This document shows positions 63,501 to 64,000 of a DNA stretch of 64,000 nt, in pieces; position 1 is the first letter of the stretch, and the number at the start of each line of letters is the position of its first letter. Made by a program: the position numbers and the translations under genes. This stretch comes from Eledone cirrhosa (Eukaryota). The DNA lies in contig OZ024740.1 of NCBI GenBank assembly GCA_964016885.1, positions 137,454,001 through 137,518,000 on the forward strand. The letters run 5' to 3'. The notes under the pieces were generated by a model that did no database searches, was not told where the DNA came from, and was given only the letters and a program-made list of their open reading frames with translations.

Positions 63501-64000
63501 CTCTCTTTCTCTTATCACTTTCCCCCAATCTCCAATTCTCTCTTTCTATTATCACTTTTCTCTCAATCTCCAATTCTCTCTTTCTCTTATCACTTTTCTC
63601 TCCATCTCCAATTCTCTCTTTCTCTTATCACTTTTCTCTCAATCTCCAAATCTCTCTTTCTATTCTCACTTTTCCCCCAATCTCCAATTCTCTCTTTCTC
63701 TTCTCACTTTTCCCCCAATCTCCAATTCTCTCTTTCTCTCATCACTTTTCTCTCAATCTCCAATTCTCTCTTTCTCTTATCACTTTTCCCCCATCTCCAA
63801 TTCTCTCTTTCTCTTATCACTTTTCTCTCAATCTCCAATTCTCTCTTTCTCTTATCACATTTCTCTCAATCTCCAATTCTCTCTTTCTCTTATCACTTTT
63901 CCCCCCAATCTCCAATTCTCTCTTTCTCTTATCACTTTTCTCTCACTCTCCCATTCTCTCTTTCTATTATGACTTTTCCACCAATCTCCAATTCTCTCTT

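Larger units (their letters stand above)
1..64000. repeat. 38-bp tandem satellite array (~1,680 monomers), single orientation, running off both window ends
   Basis: AATCTCCAAT recurs every 38 bp (e.g. 303, 341, 379, 417, 455). Consensus AATCTCCAATTCTCTCTTTCTCTTATCACTTTTCTCTC has 6 A, 13 C, 19 T and 0 G. A common variant ends TTTTCCCCC. No non-repeat sequence was seen. Confidence 0.99.

Noticed and set aside
1-64000. CRISPR array (repeat length in the CRISPR range)
   Set aside because: Monomers abut directly with no unique spacers, no palindrome, no leader and no cas genes.
1-64000. Canonical G-quadruplex or i-motif array
   Set aside because: G5 runs are at least 33 nt apart and occur in only some monomers, well beyond typical loop lengths.
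1-64000. CCAAT boxes as promoters
   Set aside because: They are part of the repeat unit, with no gene or other promoter context.
1-64000. Assignment to a species, centromere or named satellite family
   Set aside because: Nothing in the window supports it. It needs a database search and flanking or chromatin data.

Overview
The whole 64 kb is one uninterrupted, head-to-tail tandem satellite array. The monomer is 38 bp, consensus AATCTCCAATTCTCTCTTTCTCTTATCACTTTTC(TCTC|CCCC), giving about 1,680 copies. The + strand is about 84% pyrimidine and the consensus has no G. I see no gene, RNA gene, transposon, CRISPR array, inversion or unique-sequence island. All listed ORFs are artefacts of a repeat that lacks stop codons on the + strand. 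The real structure lies in the rare monomer variants, which reveal nested higher-order repeats (HORs) that change along the array. Periods are 190, 1444, 2318 and 3838 bp in 1-9.3 kb, 6570 bp in 11.4-24.5 kb, 3002 bp in 22.8-28.9 kb, 1027+798 bp in 28-32 kb, and an 852 bp / ~3.9 kb / ~8.5 kb hierarchy in 43-60.5 kb. Other notable points are two paralogous cassettes of diverged monomers, a recurrent 22-bp microhomology deletion and local patches of higher divergence. It looks like eukaryotic satellite DNA, but I cannot identify the organism or a named family. I found no protein-coding system, and all functional ideas below are hypotheses. HOR boundaries were read by eye and are approximate to about one monomer.
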